Source: Sphaerodactylus townsendi (taxonomy: Eukaryota). Taken from it: a stretch of DNA of 64,000 nucleotides. A program made the position numbers and the translations under genes. The notes below the pieces were generated by a model, which saw only the letters and a list, made by a program, of their open reading frames with translations, did not search any database and had not been told where the DNA came from. Below, in pieces: positions 12,691 to 25,826 of this stretch. The DNA lies in NCBI RefSeq assembly GCF_021028975.2, contig NC_059432.1:62000001-62064000 (forward strand). Reading direction: 5' to 3'. The first letter of the stretch is position 1. Every line of letters begins with the position of its first letter.

Positions 12691-14778
12691 CTTAATTTAT
12701 AATTCACTACTTGTGAATTAATTATTCACAGATGCAAAGCACAAATTGAAGGACTGGGAGACAAATCTTTATATATCTTATAGATGGTTGTACATGCAAC
12801 ACTGCAGCAAAAACAGTTGCTTTGATTTCAGTAAGAGTCCAAAGTGCAAAGTATTCTGAACCTGTTCAGATGCTGGACATACAAGATTTCTTATCTGGCA
12901 GTATGGAATTTGTTGTCGCTATAAACTCTACAATTGTTGCTATTCTCTCCCTCCCCCCTCCTGTATACACATCACTTGCTGCCACCTGTGCAAATTATGG
13001 TAATGGTGAAGACCATCCAATAAAAGAATGAAAACTTCCTCACAGGACTGTCACAATATAGGTATGACAAAAATAAAAGCGCACTGCCAGTTCAAATATT
13101 GAGTTTATAGCATTAGATCTTATTGACACAGATAAACATCACTTTAGAGTAATCTTTCATTTCACAATAGAGTAGTCACTTTAAGAGTTTCCCAGAATTA
13201 ATCTGCCCTTTCTTCCAGCAGACAGTGGGCTGACTGACACATCATCTGGATTTTCTACAACTGACAACTCTGCACCTGACAGCTAGAACATGATGTTATT
13301 CGAGCTCTACATTTGAAGGGGATGTTACAATTCTTTTTGTGTTGTTATACTGGTAGTGCCCCACTTACACATGCAAGAGATCATTTGATGGTGCAGTACT
13401 CAAGTATTGAAACTGCATATTGGAATCCACCCTCGCGCTTCAGAAAAATGAACACCATATTTATCTCTCTCAAATCCAAAACTTTTTTAGGCATTAAGTA
13501 AGAACACTCAATCTAGGGTTTATATCTCTCTGCACTCCAGTGCCAGGAATAAACCAAGAATTTTTTTTTTAAGTGTCTCGTCTCAGTCCTTGCTGAAATG
13601 CCAAGCAGCGCACCAGCGGAAATTAAGGCAAATGCCCTGGCATTTAACAGTGGCCTTTTCACAAATGCATAGGTAAAAGGGAAGTCCTACTGATGAAACT
13701 CTCCAGTAGCCTCAACGGGGTTTTGAACAGTTCCAGTGAAATGTCATGTCTTTTTAACAAATATGATTTTCATAGGAATCAGCTCTTTCATGCTTACTTT
13801 GAAGATTGTCTTTGATACCAGAATTAATTAGCGAAAATATTCCTGCAGGAGCATTCACACATTTTTAGGAATAACAGCAATGGGTGGGAAGGGCTATTTC
13901 GTCATCTCCTTTATCTATAACCTGTTTCAACATTAAGTAGTCCTGCTGTATATTCAATATTTTTTCAATAGTAAAGAAAATAATGAGAACAGGCATAAAG
14001 AAACAAAGTGTGTTGTCTGTAATTAACAGCTGGAAAATGTCAAGTGGCTTCTTCTATCTGCTCTACTCTCCCACTTCTACATCAATCCTGACTAGAAATT
14101 AATTTTTTAAAAATATAATGAAACTATTTTATGACAATACCACAAAACCAAGCATTTGTATCATCTTATAATAAATGCAGTCACTCTTCCGATGTGTAGA
14201 CAATACCACAGGATTACTAAAGAATCCCAAACCACTGAAGGGTCTTTTCTGCACAGCCAAATATAACATCATGACGACAGTACAGAAAGCATTTTGGGGA
14301 GGAACTCTGCACATCTCTGTCTCTCAAAACCAAAAAAAAGTCAAAATGGGTTTTTTTTAAAGGTCTTCAAGATGTTATATTCGTGCTGTGCAGAAAAGAC
14401 CAAATACATGTTACATATTTTAGAAAACATTGTTCTGTCTATCAATCCTGGTAAGGTTTGATGAAATCCAAGCCAAGACAAACATGAACAGTTTTCAATA
14501 TAATTATTACTTGATCGAACAGCTCATTATTAACACTGCTTGTCATAAAAAAACACTTTCCAAAGAACAAGCCAAGAAAATCAAGCCATAAATGAGAGCA
14601 TTATTTCTCTCCTTAGCCTGTTACATTTTCCTGCCCAGGCTCAGTTCATATACCTTTCTGGATGGTCTCCTTTTCTTTGGTTTCCTTGGCACACTCATCA
14701 GTTGTTATCTCACTTCATGTAACCTGGCTTTGGAATGCACTGGTGCAAAGTTTCTCTATACAAATAACTTTGAAGACT

Positions 14779-15200
14779 ATTGGTTGTTGTGGGTTTTCCG
14801 GACTGTTTGGCTGTGGTCTGGTAGATCTTGTTCCTAACTGAAAACCCCACCCGCAATACAATGCAGTTAACCATACCTTTGCATAGCAAGTTCCATCCAA
14901 ACACTTACTGATTGCTTCCCCACCCAGGGACATGGAGAATATATACCCCACTAACCATTCCCTTCTCACTGGACACAGTGTGTAACAGACTTCTCTCTGT
15001 GATACACCTCTGAAGATGCCAGCCACAGATGCAGGCGAAACATTAGGAACAAAATCAACAAGACCACAGCCACACAGCCTGGAAAATTCTCAACAACCAG
15101 TTGAATCCGGCTTCGACAATACTTTAAAGACTGCCAGTAGCGCAACAACCAGTTGAATCCAGCTATGAAAGCCTTCGACAATACTTTAAAGACTATGATC
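14779..15200 (+). mobile_element. Penelope-like element terminus (inverted plus direct pseudo-LTR)
   Basis: gaagatgccagccacagatgcaggcgaaac...gaaagccttcgacaatac with an inverted partial copy at 14779-14838 and a duplicated 3' end; same family at 62110-62417 and about 51045-51178. Confidence 0.75.
15007..15047 (+). ncRNA. Minimal type I hammerhead ribozyme motif in Penelope terminus (G16.2 mutated to A)
   Basis: CCT-CTGAAGA-T-GCC-loop-GGC-GAAAC-ATT-AGG. Confidence 0.5.
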
Positions 15201-15344
15201 TGCCAATAGCTCATTACACCTGTTCAGAAAAAAAGGCAGAGATGCTGCAGGAATGTGTCTGTAAAGCATTCTCAAGTCCCAGCTAACTTATGATGAACCC
15301 TCGTAGGGTTTTCAAGGCTTGAGCCCCAGGTGCCACTCCCAATG

Positions 15345-17649
15345 GTCATGTTGAAAATCAGCAGAAAAAACATCCTGATGCTGTGCATATCATAGCGGGG
15401 GACTTTAATCATGCAAACTTAAAAGCGGTGCTCCCCAAATTCTATCAGCATGTTAAGTGTTCTACTAGAGGAGCCAATACATTAGACAAAGTGTATACCA
15501 ACATTAAGGATGGCTATAAGGTCATACAATTACCACACTTGGGACAGTCAGATCATGTGTCACTGTTTCTGGCACCAGTTTAAATTCCTCTTGGGAAGTG
15601 GGTTTCGCCTGTAATAAAGACTGTGCAATCCTGGCCAGATGATGCCTCTCAACGACTTCAAGATTGTTTTGAGACAACAAACTGTGATGTTTCCTATCAC
15701 CCAGATCTGGAGAAACAGACCACCGCTGTTCTGAGTTATATTACATACTGCACAGATAATGTCACTGTGGACAAGCGTGTCTAGATTTATTCTAACCAGA
15801 AACCCTGGATGACAGGGGAGGTTCAGCGACTTTTGTGGGACAGGAATATTGCTTTCAGGTCAGGTGATGAGGCAACATACAATGCTGCGAGAGCTAGTCT
15901 CAAGAGAGGTATTCTGCAAGCCAAGATGAGTTATAAGAGGAAGGTTGAGGATCATTTTCACAGTAACAACGTGAGGCAGGTGTGGCAGGAGATACAACAG
16001 ATTACTAACTATAAATTAAGGAATGACATTCCTGTTGATGGAAATGCTTCTTTGGCAGAGGAGCTGAATCATTTTTTTGCCCATTTTGAAGCAGGTCCAC
16101 GAGAAGGAGAGGACATACAGCCATTAGGTGAGTGTAGCTCACACCTTACTGTGGAGGAGTATGAGGTAAGGCAAGTTTTGAGGGCTGTGAATCCAGGCAA
16201 GGTTGCTGGACTGGATGGTATCTCCAGTCGGGTGCTAAAAGATTGTGCTGACCAACTGGCTGCTGTTTTTACTGAGATTTTCAGTCGGTCTTTGTCTCAG
16301 TCCATTATTCCATCTTGTCTGAAGGCTTCCATCATTGTATCACTGCCAAAGAAATTCCCTGCTGACAATCTTCAGAACTACAGACCAGTGGCACTCACTC
16401 CCATCATTATGAAATGCCTTGAAAAACTGGTCCGTAAACATATCAGTTCTTGCCTTCCAAATATATTTGATCAATATCAGTTTGCATATAGAACTAATAG
16501 ATCTACTGAGGACGCCATAGCCATCACTCTCCACACTACTTTGACTCATCTGGAATGACAGGGGAACTACGTGAGGATGCTTTTTGTGGACTTTAGTTCT
16601 GCGTTTAATACAATCCTAACACAAAGACTGGTGTCCAAATTGTTGGATCCCAGACTCTCACATTCCATTTGTCTGTGGATTAGGGACTTTTTGTCTGGAC
16701 GTTCTCAGAGGGTTAGACTGGGTAATCAGGTTTCCTCAGTTCTTACTCTCAATACGGGAATGCCATAGGGATGTGTGTTGAGTCCTTTACTGTACACTCT
16801 TTATATGTACGATTGTACCCCTGTCCATCATGGTAACATCATTGTCAAATTTGCAGATGATACAATGGTGGTGGGGTTTATCTCTGGAGGGGATGAGTCT
16901 GCCTACCGGGGTGAGGTAGACTGGTTGCTCTCGTGGTGCAGGGACAATAATTTAGTCCTTAATACCAATAAGACAAAGGAGCTGATAGTAGACTACAGAA
17001 GGAACAAGTCAGAAATTCAGCCCTTGGTTATAAATGGGGATCAAGTGGAGCGGGTGGCTAGCTTTAAGTTCCTGGGTGTTATGATTAAAGAGGATTTGAC
17101 CTGGGGCGTTCAGACTGCCGCGGTGTTTAAGAAGGCCCAGCAGAGATTGTATTATCGCAGACTTTAATGAAAACAACTGAATGAAAAATTGCTGGTGACC
17201 TTCTACTGCTGTGCCATAGAGAGTGTCCTGACATACTGCATCTGTGCATGGTTTGCCAGTTGCACAGTGGCAGATAGAAGGGCACTCCATAGGGTGATTA
17301 CTACTGCCCAGAGAATTATTGGATGCCCTCTCCCCTCTTTGGAAGAACTCTATAATTCCCGTTGCTTAAAGAAAGCTCAGAACATTCTGAAAGACCCGTC
17401 TCACCCTGCATATTCTTTTTTTGAGGTATTACCATCTGGCAGACGATATAGGGTCATAAAAACAAGGACAACTAGGCTCAGAAACAACTTCTACTCTAGA
17501 GCTGTGGCGATGCTGAACTCCATGATGTCGCGTTGACGTGGCTGTGGCTGTGTAGGGATGGTTAGAAGGGGATTGTGGAATGTGTGAAGACTGCAGAGGA
17601 CTGCAGAAATGTGCATCGGGGGTTTGTATTTTTGTATTTTCGTTGTGAG
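15345..17649 (+). mobile_element. 5'-truncated Rex1/Babar-clade LINE (APE endonuclease end plus RT), inactivated by nonsense codons; 3' end runs into the gap
   Basis: Five ORF pieces, all in one frame: IIAGDFNHANLK, LGQSDH, YRPVALTPIIMKCLEKLV, QFAYRTNRSTEDAI, LFVDFSSAFNTI, KFADDT, FKFLGV, LPSGRRYR. Confidence 0.85.
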
Positions 17650-17861
17650 NNNNNNNNNNNNNNNNNNNNNNNNNNNNNNNNNNNNNNNNNNNNNNNNNNN
17701 NNNNNNNNNNNNNNNNNNNNNNNNNNNNNNNNNNNNNNNNNNNNNNNNNNNNNNNNNNNNNNNNNNNNNNNNNNNNNNNNNNNNNNNNNNNNNNNNNNNN
17801 NNNNNNNNNNNNNNNNNNNNNNNNNNNNNNNNNNNNNNNNNNNNNNNNNNNNNNNNNNNNN
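17650..17861. other. Assembly gap (212 N)
   Basis: Run of N. Confidence 1.
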
Positions 17862-18559
17862 TCCCCAAGTGCACCTGGGGAAGGGCTATAGTTGAACACA
17901 ACCAGTAGAGTGGACCCACCCCCAAGCTTTACACGGAGTTTGGGAGCGGGGAGGGCCTGTTTGATGCTTATTTCAGGTGGCCCAGGTCCAGCTTTAAACT
18001 ACAGGTTTCAAGGCCTCAGTTTAAAGGTTGGCCGTGGCCTGGCTGAGGCCAGAATTGAACCGGGCCTCTGAGCTCAACAACTCCAGCTTTATACTGCTGG
18101 CTACGCCCCCAAGCCCCACCTTTGGTCAGGGTGTTGCGCGGGTCACAGCGTGAACTCCAGGCACTGTTTTCCTCAGCTACGCTCCTGGGGATGAGCAAAG
18201 ATGGTTTGCCACTGCCTACCTCTGTATAGCAATCCAAATACTAACTTAGACCATACAGGTTAGGTTGATGCAGGAACAGGCAGACACTTTCATATAATCC
18301 CCTCCAAACAAATATACAAGCCTCTAGCTCCCACATAAGTCATCTAAGAATCTTGTCAGTAAAAGAAGAATGTCAATGACTTAACGCCTGATAGTTATAT
18401 TCAATATAAATTACCAAATTATAGCTATGATTATATAGAAACTCTACATAGCATAGCTATCTAAATATGCCACCAAAGCATAGCTCATAAACACCATGGA
18501 AATGTTATCATAATTACTAAGACATACAGAGGATCTTGCTCAGTACACCAGTCATGGAG

Positions 18560-18805
18560 CAGGCAGATTCACAAGGGTTCGGTATATCAATGGCTATTAG
18601 GAATGATGATAAAAGGAAGCTTCCATATTCAGAGGCGATAAAGTTCTGAATATGCCAGCAGCAAGAAGCAACAACATGGGAAGACCTTGTTTTGCATGCC
18701 CTGTTGGCCCTTCAGGCAGCTGACTGGCTGTTTTGTGAAATAGGATGTTGGACAAGATGGACCACTAGTGTGATTCAGCACAGAATCTCCTCTTAGGTGC
18801 TTAAA
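18560..18805 (+). mobile_element. CR1 LINE 3' UTR fragment
   Basis: caatggctattag...cttccatattcagaggc...ggatgttggacaagatggacc...cttaggtgctta, resembling the CR1 3' end at 45400-45643. Confidence 0.55.
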
Positions 18806-19151
18806 TTGGGCATTTATCAGCTATTTAACGGAGAAAGATTTCTGCTTTGGAATATAAACTCACCAGCATACCTAGAACTTTGGTTGAATTATTTATGCTT
18901 TTCTTTCACTCTTACTCGGACATCACGGTCTCTCTCTTTTCATCTGTTGTTTTGATTTGATTTATTTGACTTATAGGGCACCCTTCTCCATACTGGCTTA
19001 GAGTGGCTTACAACAATCCATTCTGATGAAACGATAAAATCAGTGACAAATGCTTCCAGTCAACACCTTGGTGCCATTAATACTAATTTGAGGGGGATAA
19101 ATCACTGATGAATTCTTTCAAGCTCTTCTTTCTGATAATACACTGCAAGGT

Positions 19152-19250
19152 TCAACAGCATCCTTTAGACCCACAGCATCCTGACATAGCCTCTTTAGGC
19201 ACTCTTGCCCCCGCTTGCTCCACCAACTTAAAGGGGTCTCGAATCTTGTC
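19152..19250 (-). CDS. AS3MT: Arsenite methyltransferase exon 11 (last): DKIRDPFKLVEQAGARVPKEAMSGCCGSKGCC*
   Basis: tttacag acceptor; homologous to human DIITDPFKL...GCCGTKKSC; TGA at 19152-19154. Confidence 0.9.
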   Translation of the reverse strand, partial: DKIRDPFKLVEQAGARVPKEAMSGCCGSKGCC

Positions 19251-19641
19251 CTGTAAAAGCAAGGAAAAAAGAAAAAGAGTCCAAAGGGATACTGTTCTGT
19301 TACTGTATTAGTTTAGTGAAAAGGGACTACATGCTAAAACACTACCTGCAGTTCAAAGAGAGAATGGCAAAGCCCTGGGAACCTGTAATTCCTGTGGGTC
19401 TGTATATTAGTTCTATTTGAATTCTTATCCTCAAAACAGCTCAGAGGGAGTTGGGGTTGTGAAAGTAATTTATCAAGGGCACACACAGGTTGGTAACTGA
19501 ACAGGGATTTGAACCTGGTTTTATTTCCCTGGATTCAGTACACAGCCAGTGCTTATTCTACATATATAATCCCAGAGATATTGCTTTGCCTTTTAGTTGT
19601 CTTTTTAAAAAAATGTTTCTTAATTTCCACGATTGTATACA

Positions 19642-20811
19642 ATCAAGCCCTGGGTGAAGCACAGTAAAATAAGCTAGAATTCCCTTTCCATCCTTCAAAA
19701 GTTGTCTCCATCTGACGCAGTATTCAAGATCCAAACTACCATCGCACACACTGCAGTTCTATAATACACAGTATATGGACTGGTGGTGTTGACAAATAAT
19801 CTGATGTGGCCTTTGGGGCATGCTTCCTTCTGTAACCATCTGTGTTGCCCCCTTCTTGCGAATCTGCTCCTCTCTATCCCTTCTGCAATCCAAGCATTAA
19901 AAGGGTTTTTAAAAAATCTTAATGCACCATATTCACTGAGACCCTAGTCTTCAACCAGATGCTAATGAAAGCTTGGCCTTGATCATTACTGGTTGCAAGC
20001 AGTGAAAAGCAGAGACACTCCCCCAACCCTTTGCACCAACTTCATTCAAGACACTTCCATTCTTCCCCCACTCTTTGTAGGGGAGACAGTAGATTTACCT
20101 ACTTGATCTGCACAACAGTGCAATCCATTTCTTTTTGCTTTGTTCTATTAACAGGACAAAATTGTACAAGGCTACAGTTCAACACTGACAAAATAAAGCC
20201 TCCAACTGGAGTGCAATAACAACAGACTTTTTACATATATTTCATTACAAACTTAAATGGAAATGTACACAAGTTTACAAGTATGTAACAAAGCAGCCAT
20301 CTATACAAGCACAAGCCAACCAGAAATCTAGACTCAATGCCAACCATTGAGAGAAGCGGGAGTCAAGCTAGCAGAATGCAGTCCCTTTTGATTATCCCAT
20401 TTCATTGTAATAAGTTGTGTTTCTTAGCACCATTCAGTCGAGCCGAGGTTGTTATTGAATTCCAGTTGGAGGCTTTATTTTGTCAGCATTAAGCTGTAGT
20501 ACAGTTGTGGTACAGTTTTGTCCTTTACTACTTTGTGGTTGTGTACTACCCCTTTTGCTCATTATGGTTGTTCTATTAACATGCATGACAGCATGCCTAT
20601 GGCACCCAAAGCACTGGCAAAGGGGGGGAAATCACAAAACGACAAATCACTTGCGTAATGGACATACAGTAGGTGGAGCTGTTGTGATTTATAGCACTGC
20701 AGAGTGAATGATAGTAGTTGGGATCTTGAAATACTGTATCAGATGGAGACAACTTTTGAAGGATGGAAAGGGCATTCTAGCTTATTTACTGTGCTTCACC
20801 CAGGGCTTGAT
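19642..20811. mobile_element. Non-autonomous DNA transposon-like element with ~125 bp terminal inverted repeats, in AS3MT intron 10
   Basis: 19642-19770 is the reverse complement of 20683-20811 with few mismatches; no clear TSD. Confidence 0.7.
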
Positions 20812-21196
20812 CTAAACAAACACTTCTCTGCATTTTAATTTTACATCATACAGTAAGAGATAAACCAATTCTGCCAAACAGTTCAGCTAGCAAGTTTTCT
20901 TCTGATTCTAAGAAATGAATGTTAGTAAACTGCAGAAGCAACAAAAACATATGCTCGACTGCTACTTTGAATTCTTTTCGGTATGGTAAGCTGTTGTGAA
21001 ACTCTCCTCTTCTGCTGCATGATTTTATAATGTGAAGGTAAATGCCTCATTCCAACAGCACTACTGCTCCATAATTAGACTGCAAAGCATTGTCTGAGCT
21101 CTCTCATTCAGGCCTCCAGCATCAGCATTAAAACCAAGCAGATTTTACACCATCTGTTCACCATAGGCACCTTTTTACAATGAGGGTGGGATTGTT

Positions 21197-21375
21197 TAGA
21201 ATAGAATAGAATAGAATAGAATAGAATAGAATCTTTATTGGCCAAGTGTGATTGGACACACAAGGAATTTGTCTCCGGTGCATATGCTCTCAGTGTACAT
21301 AAAAGAAAAATACATTTGTCAAGAATCATAAGGTACAACACTTAATGATTGTCATATAGGTCTAGTAAGCAATCT
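21197..21375 (-). mobile_element. Short LINE 3' end (Rex1-like) with AATAAA and (ATTCT)n tail
   Basis: Reverse complement ends gagagcatatgcaccggagacaaattccttgtgtgtccaatcacacttggccaataaagattctattctattc. Confidence 0.55.
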
Positions 21376-23323
21376 TGTTTATGTTCATGTATAATCCTGA
21401 CTGCTTCATAATCCTGCTGAGATGACTCATAATAACACAATGTGCATGAACATGTGCTAGAATAATTGATTCAAAGCTCAACATAGTTGTGAATGTTCTT
21501 AGCCTACCATCAATGGTACCATGGTCTGAGTCATCCCCCATCACACTGTGTTCTAGAGTAAGTATGAGTTTATCCTCACATTATTCCTTACAAATAAATA
21601 AATAAATATATATATATGTCTCCTGGCCTACACAGCTAAAGTGCTGTTTCAAAATTATGGCTATATTTAGATGAGTCACATTTAACCATAGTTAAAGAAA
21701 ACTGTGAACATACCTGGCTTGTTGGAGACCTCTCATATAAATCTACCTTCTCCCCCAGAATCAAAGTTCATCACTAACTCCAGTTGATTGTGAGATATAA
21801 TTGAAGGTATACCAGTTAATAAGAGTTAATTTTCCCTCCACTAAACCAGGGCTCCAATCCAAGCTTAGGACATTAGCTAGTGTGTGAGGGGTGAAAGGAT
21901 TACTCTCTTTGGCTAACCTGCTACAGGTAACTGAAATGAATAGTTAAGCATGTCTCTCAACATGCCAGGAAAAGGGGAGGATGGAGGAATGAGGTCCACA
22001 GTTTTCCTTAATCATGGTTATACATGACACCTGAATGCAACTATGTTGACTAGCTGCTGATATTTTAGCTTAGAATATGCTATTATAATAAAGAAGTTAT
22101 GCTTTATGATGAAAAGGCATTTATTACTTTTAATTTTCTAGGCAGAATTAAGCTTTCAGGACCTCATTGTAAACTTCCGCTTGGGTTTAGCAGTTTTTTA
22201 AAGAAATGCCTTCCAAGCCTACAGCCTCTCCCCCTTCCCTTCCCACCCAAGAAAGCACAAGGTTACACTTCCTAGGACACACAGCTGCTTGACTTCATCA
22301 GAAGAAGCAGGAGGAGGGAAGAGGTCTCTTGTAGATAAGGCAGTCCTAACATAGGGTCAGGGCCAACAGGCAAGATCCAGTTAAATGTACTGCACGCACA
22401 GGAAAACACCCAGGGAATGAGAATCCAAAACATGATTGCATCTCAACTGCTTATTAAAGCACCAGAGTTCCCTACTTTTTATTTTATTAAAATTGCCTTT
22501 GATTCGTGTAATAATTCTATGTTTGAACACACATCTACAATCGTAGTGATCGCAACTACAAAGTCATATTCCCAAATTAATTAAGAGAAAGTCCGTTACA
22601 AATAGTCTATGTGATCAATTCAATTTTAAATTGTATTCAGAACAATTTCTAGGGCCACCTGATACAGTTTGACGGGGGTGGAGATAATTACAACAGATTG
22701 GTCAGGATACAAAAGCTCCAAAACTCCTGACAATTGGGGCTGGGCAAGTAGTTGAACCAGAACGTTTAAATTATTCTAATACGGAAGTTGAATTGCTTAG
22801 TATTCCACAACCAGAATGGTAGCTCACCGGTATCCTACTAATTCCTCACTCATATTCAGATCAGAAATAGTCTAAATTTTAATTTCGCTAGCGACCTATG
22901 AACAAGAATGAACTCCAGTCATAGTTTTTGTTCTTAAAGTTGCTCTATGGCATCAATTCAGAATTGCTGCTGCAAAGTCTTAAATGGTCTGGGGTTGTCA
23001 TAGGGTTAGGGTTGTCATATCTGCAGGACCTTCTCTTCCATTACAGCCCCTAAAGAGTGTTGCGCTCATCTGAAAATATCCTCCTGGTAATCCCTGGCCC
23101 TAAAATTATCCAGCTGTCCTCAACCAGGGCCAGTGCTGGCTCAGTAGAACTCTCTGTCAAGCAAGACCCAGGCCTTGAAGGACCTAGTTCAGTTCAACAG
23201 GGCCTGTAAAATGGAGATGATTGCCAGGCCTCCTATGGAGGAGCATGATGCTACTTGTGCTACCTGCAGCATGATACCTAGGCAAACCATGATGTATTAA
23301 TGCTGCTTTAAACTGAACCAAAC

Positions 23324-23458
23324 CTTTACTTTCTCAGGACTACAGTTCTCAGGAACTGGCTTCTTCTGACCCACTGGACAGATCAGGAACTTTGTAGCAA
23401 ATCTGGAATTCTGCAAAATAGTTGCTGTTTCCTTATCCACTTCCATCACTTCTCCTTG
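23324..23458 (-). CDS. AS3MT: AS3MT exon 10: QGEVMEVDKETATILQNSRFATKFLICPVGQKKPVPENCSPEKVK
   Basis: 135 nt, ag/gt flanks, homologous to human EGEIVEVDEETAAILKNSRF. Confidence 0.92.
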
Positions 23459-24348
23459 CTGAGGGGAGAAAAAAGGGCATATAAAAAAATTTGAAATGAA
23501 GACAGGCTATGTGCCAGCATGCTTTGAACACAGAAAGTTCCTGGTTCAGTCCTCAATATCTCCAGTTCTCAAGTCACAACTGTTGGGAAAGATTTGAGAC
23601 CCGAGAGAAGCACTGCCAATCCGAATAAATACCACCAATGATCTGAGTCAGTGTAAGGCAGCTTTATACATTTATAACTAGCAATAAGCAGGCCAGATAG
23701 GTAGGTAGAGAACAACTTCCATGGTAATTTCCTTTTTGCTTCTTACAACACCCACTACCCCTCTCTCACTCAAACCCTAAAGCCACTTATTTTCTTTCTA
23801 TACAATTACCATCTATCATTCTGCCAAGGGACTAGTTCACATATACATATTACTTGCTGACTGAAACATCTCTGTATTTTGATCTGTGATTATTCATTTT
23901 CACATACAACTGTGATGTATCTCATGTCCAGTTGGTTGGGAGAAACAGGGTAAATCCCCAGGTTCACAACAATGGATGACTGCTAGGTGGATGTGATGCA
24001 AGGAGAGGAGGCAGCCAGGGTGCACACATGTGGCAACAAACAAGGGGATTGGAGTGGGGTCAGCTGTCTGTGGAGGCTTCTTCTAGATGAGGTGTCCCAC
24101 CTTACCAGCAAGAACTCAGAAACAGAGGGGACAACAAGCAAGGAGGCAGAACTACTGCCAAGAGGCGGGTGGCACATGCTAGGGAGGACTTAAAGGGTGC
24201 TATTCAGCAAAGTATGAAGCACCTCCCTTAGATGAGACAACTCCTCTCTCCTCTTGTAGCTTTGACGAGATATGGAGTGGAATTTTCACTTCTCATATAT
24301 CCTGCAGGAGAGGATTAGAATAGAATTTCTGAACCCTCAGGCCTGTAC

Positions 24349-24491
24349 CTTGAACTTGTAGTTAGCATCAAACTCTAGTTCTTTCTCATGTCCAGTGATT
24401 CCTCCATTGTAAATCACTTCACACCTTTGGGCTGAATCATCCTGGGGTATCTTAAAGAGACGGAAAGTAGCAGAAACAAACTGGCAGTCAC
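24349..24491 (-). CDS. AS3MT: AS3MT exon 9: GDCQFVSATFRLFK...YNGGITGHEKELEFDANYKFK
   Basis: 143 nt, ag/gt flanks, strong homology. Confidence 0.95.
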
Positions 24492-25657
24492 CTGCAATGA
24501 GAACATAATGGCAAGCCAGTGTTTATGTACAGGGTTGCCTCTTTTATGCATTTATCAATGAAGGAAAATATTTGTGCTTGCCAACCCCCCAAAATAGATC
24601 TGTCAGTCCTGATTATGTCTATGGAACTGATTACTGTCTTTTATCTGATTGAACATTTTTATTTTACTGTATCTCCTTTATTGATTTGGTTTTGTGTTAT
24701 GTTGTTAAGGCTTGTAGCTACAGCTCTTAATAAATATTTACATTTACCTTTACATATTGGCAAGCCTTAAGGTCAAGGTATGCCAATCCTATTTTTAAAG
24801 CAGGATATCAGAGGCAGAGAACAGAGAAACAAGATTGGCACTTCCAGTATTTCTGACTTGGCCTAGCAAATATAATATTTCTTGCACTAAGATGATGGTG
24901 GTAACACTCTGACATCCATTTGAGTCAAAATATGCAATATCTTCAGCTATACTTCCGTAACTGCCTATTGTACTTGCTATCTTGTGCTAAATTCTAATTT
25001 TACTAAGTATGTCTAAAAACAACTGGTTGAGGACCTCATCCATTCTGTGTGAACCAATTACTTTTAAAAAACAACAACTCTGGAGCTTGTTTTAAACCAG
25101 CCTCTCTAAACATTTTTCCCCACCATTTCACTGATAATATAAAACAAATGGGATGGCAACCTCACCTCATATGATGAAATGAGTTCTGACTAATGAAAAC
25201 TTAGGCATTGTTAGTCTTAGAAGTACCACTGGACTTCTGTTTTATTTTGCTGCTACGGACTAACATGGCTACTTCTATGGGGCTCTTAAGCCTAGTGGGC
25301 AAGACATGCATTCCCAGGATCAAACCAAACAGGACACGTGAAATTCATAGCCCAAATCTTCAATGAGCATAGATCCATAAGCCATGGAAACAGACACCAT
25401 TACAGGCATGCTTAACTCTTTGAGCCATTGTTGTCCTGCTTTTAACTGCTTATGGAATTAAACTCAAGTCAGTTGTGTTGCTCCTGTCAGTCAGCATGTC
25501 TTTTTAGATGTTCCTAGTGTCTACGTGCATTCATACAGCATCACAGGAACAGCTGCAACTATGCTAGATCAGTGGCAAAAGTCAGCCAAGACTTTTGAGA
25601 ACTTAGGTGAAGAAATAGTGCGATGAGAATGAACTATGAGTGCAGAATTTGGATTAG

Positions 25658-25661
<4 letters not shown>

Positions 25662-25737
<76 letters not shown>
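25662..25737. repeat. (TC)n microsatellite, about 38 units, in AS3MT intron 8
   Basis: Direct observation. Confidence 0.95.
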
Positions 25738-25739
<2 letters not shown>

Positions 25740-25826
25740 ACTGTGGTGCTCTAAGGTGAGGTTGCTTTGTGACACAGAAAGATACACCCATTGTTATTTA
25801 ACATACCACACAGATTTTTTTCTTAC

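Noticed and set aside
17429-17925. ORFs containing runs of X
   Set aside because: Artefacts of the N gap
17862-18310. Possible LTR fragment (minus-strand TG terminus, TATA-like motif)
   Set aside because: Cut by the gap; no second terminus, PBS or TSD visible
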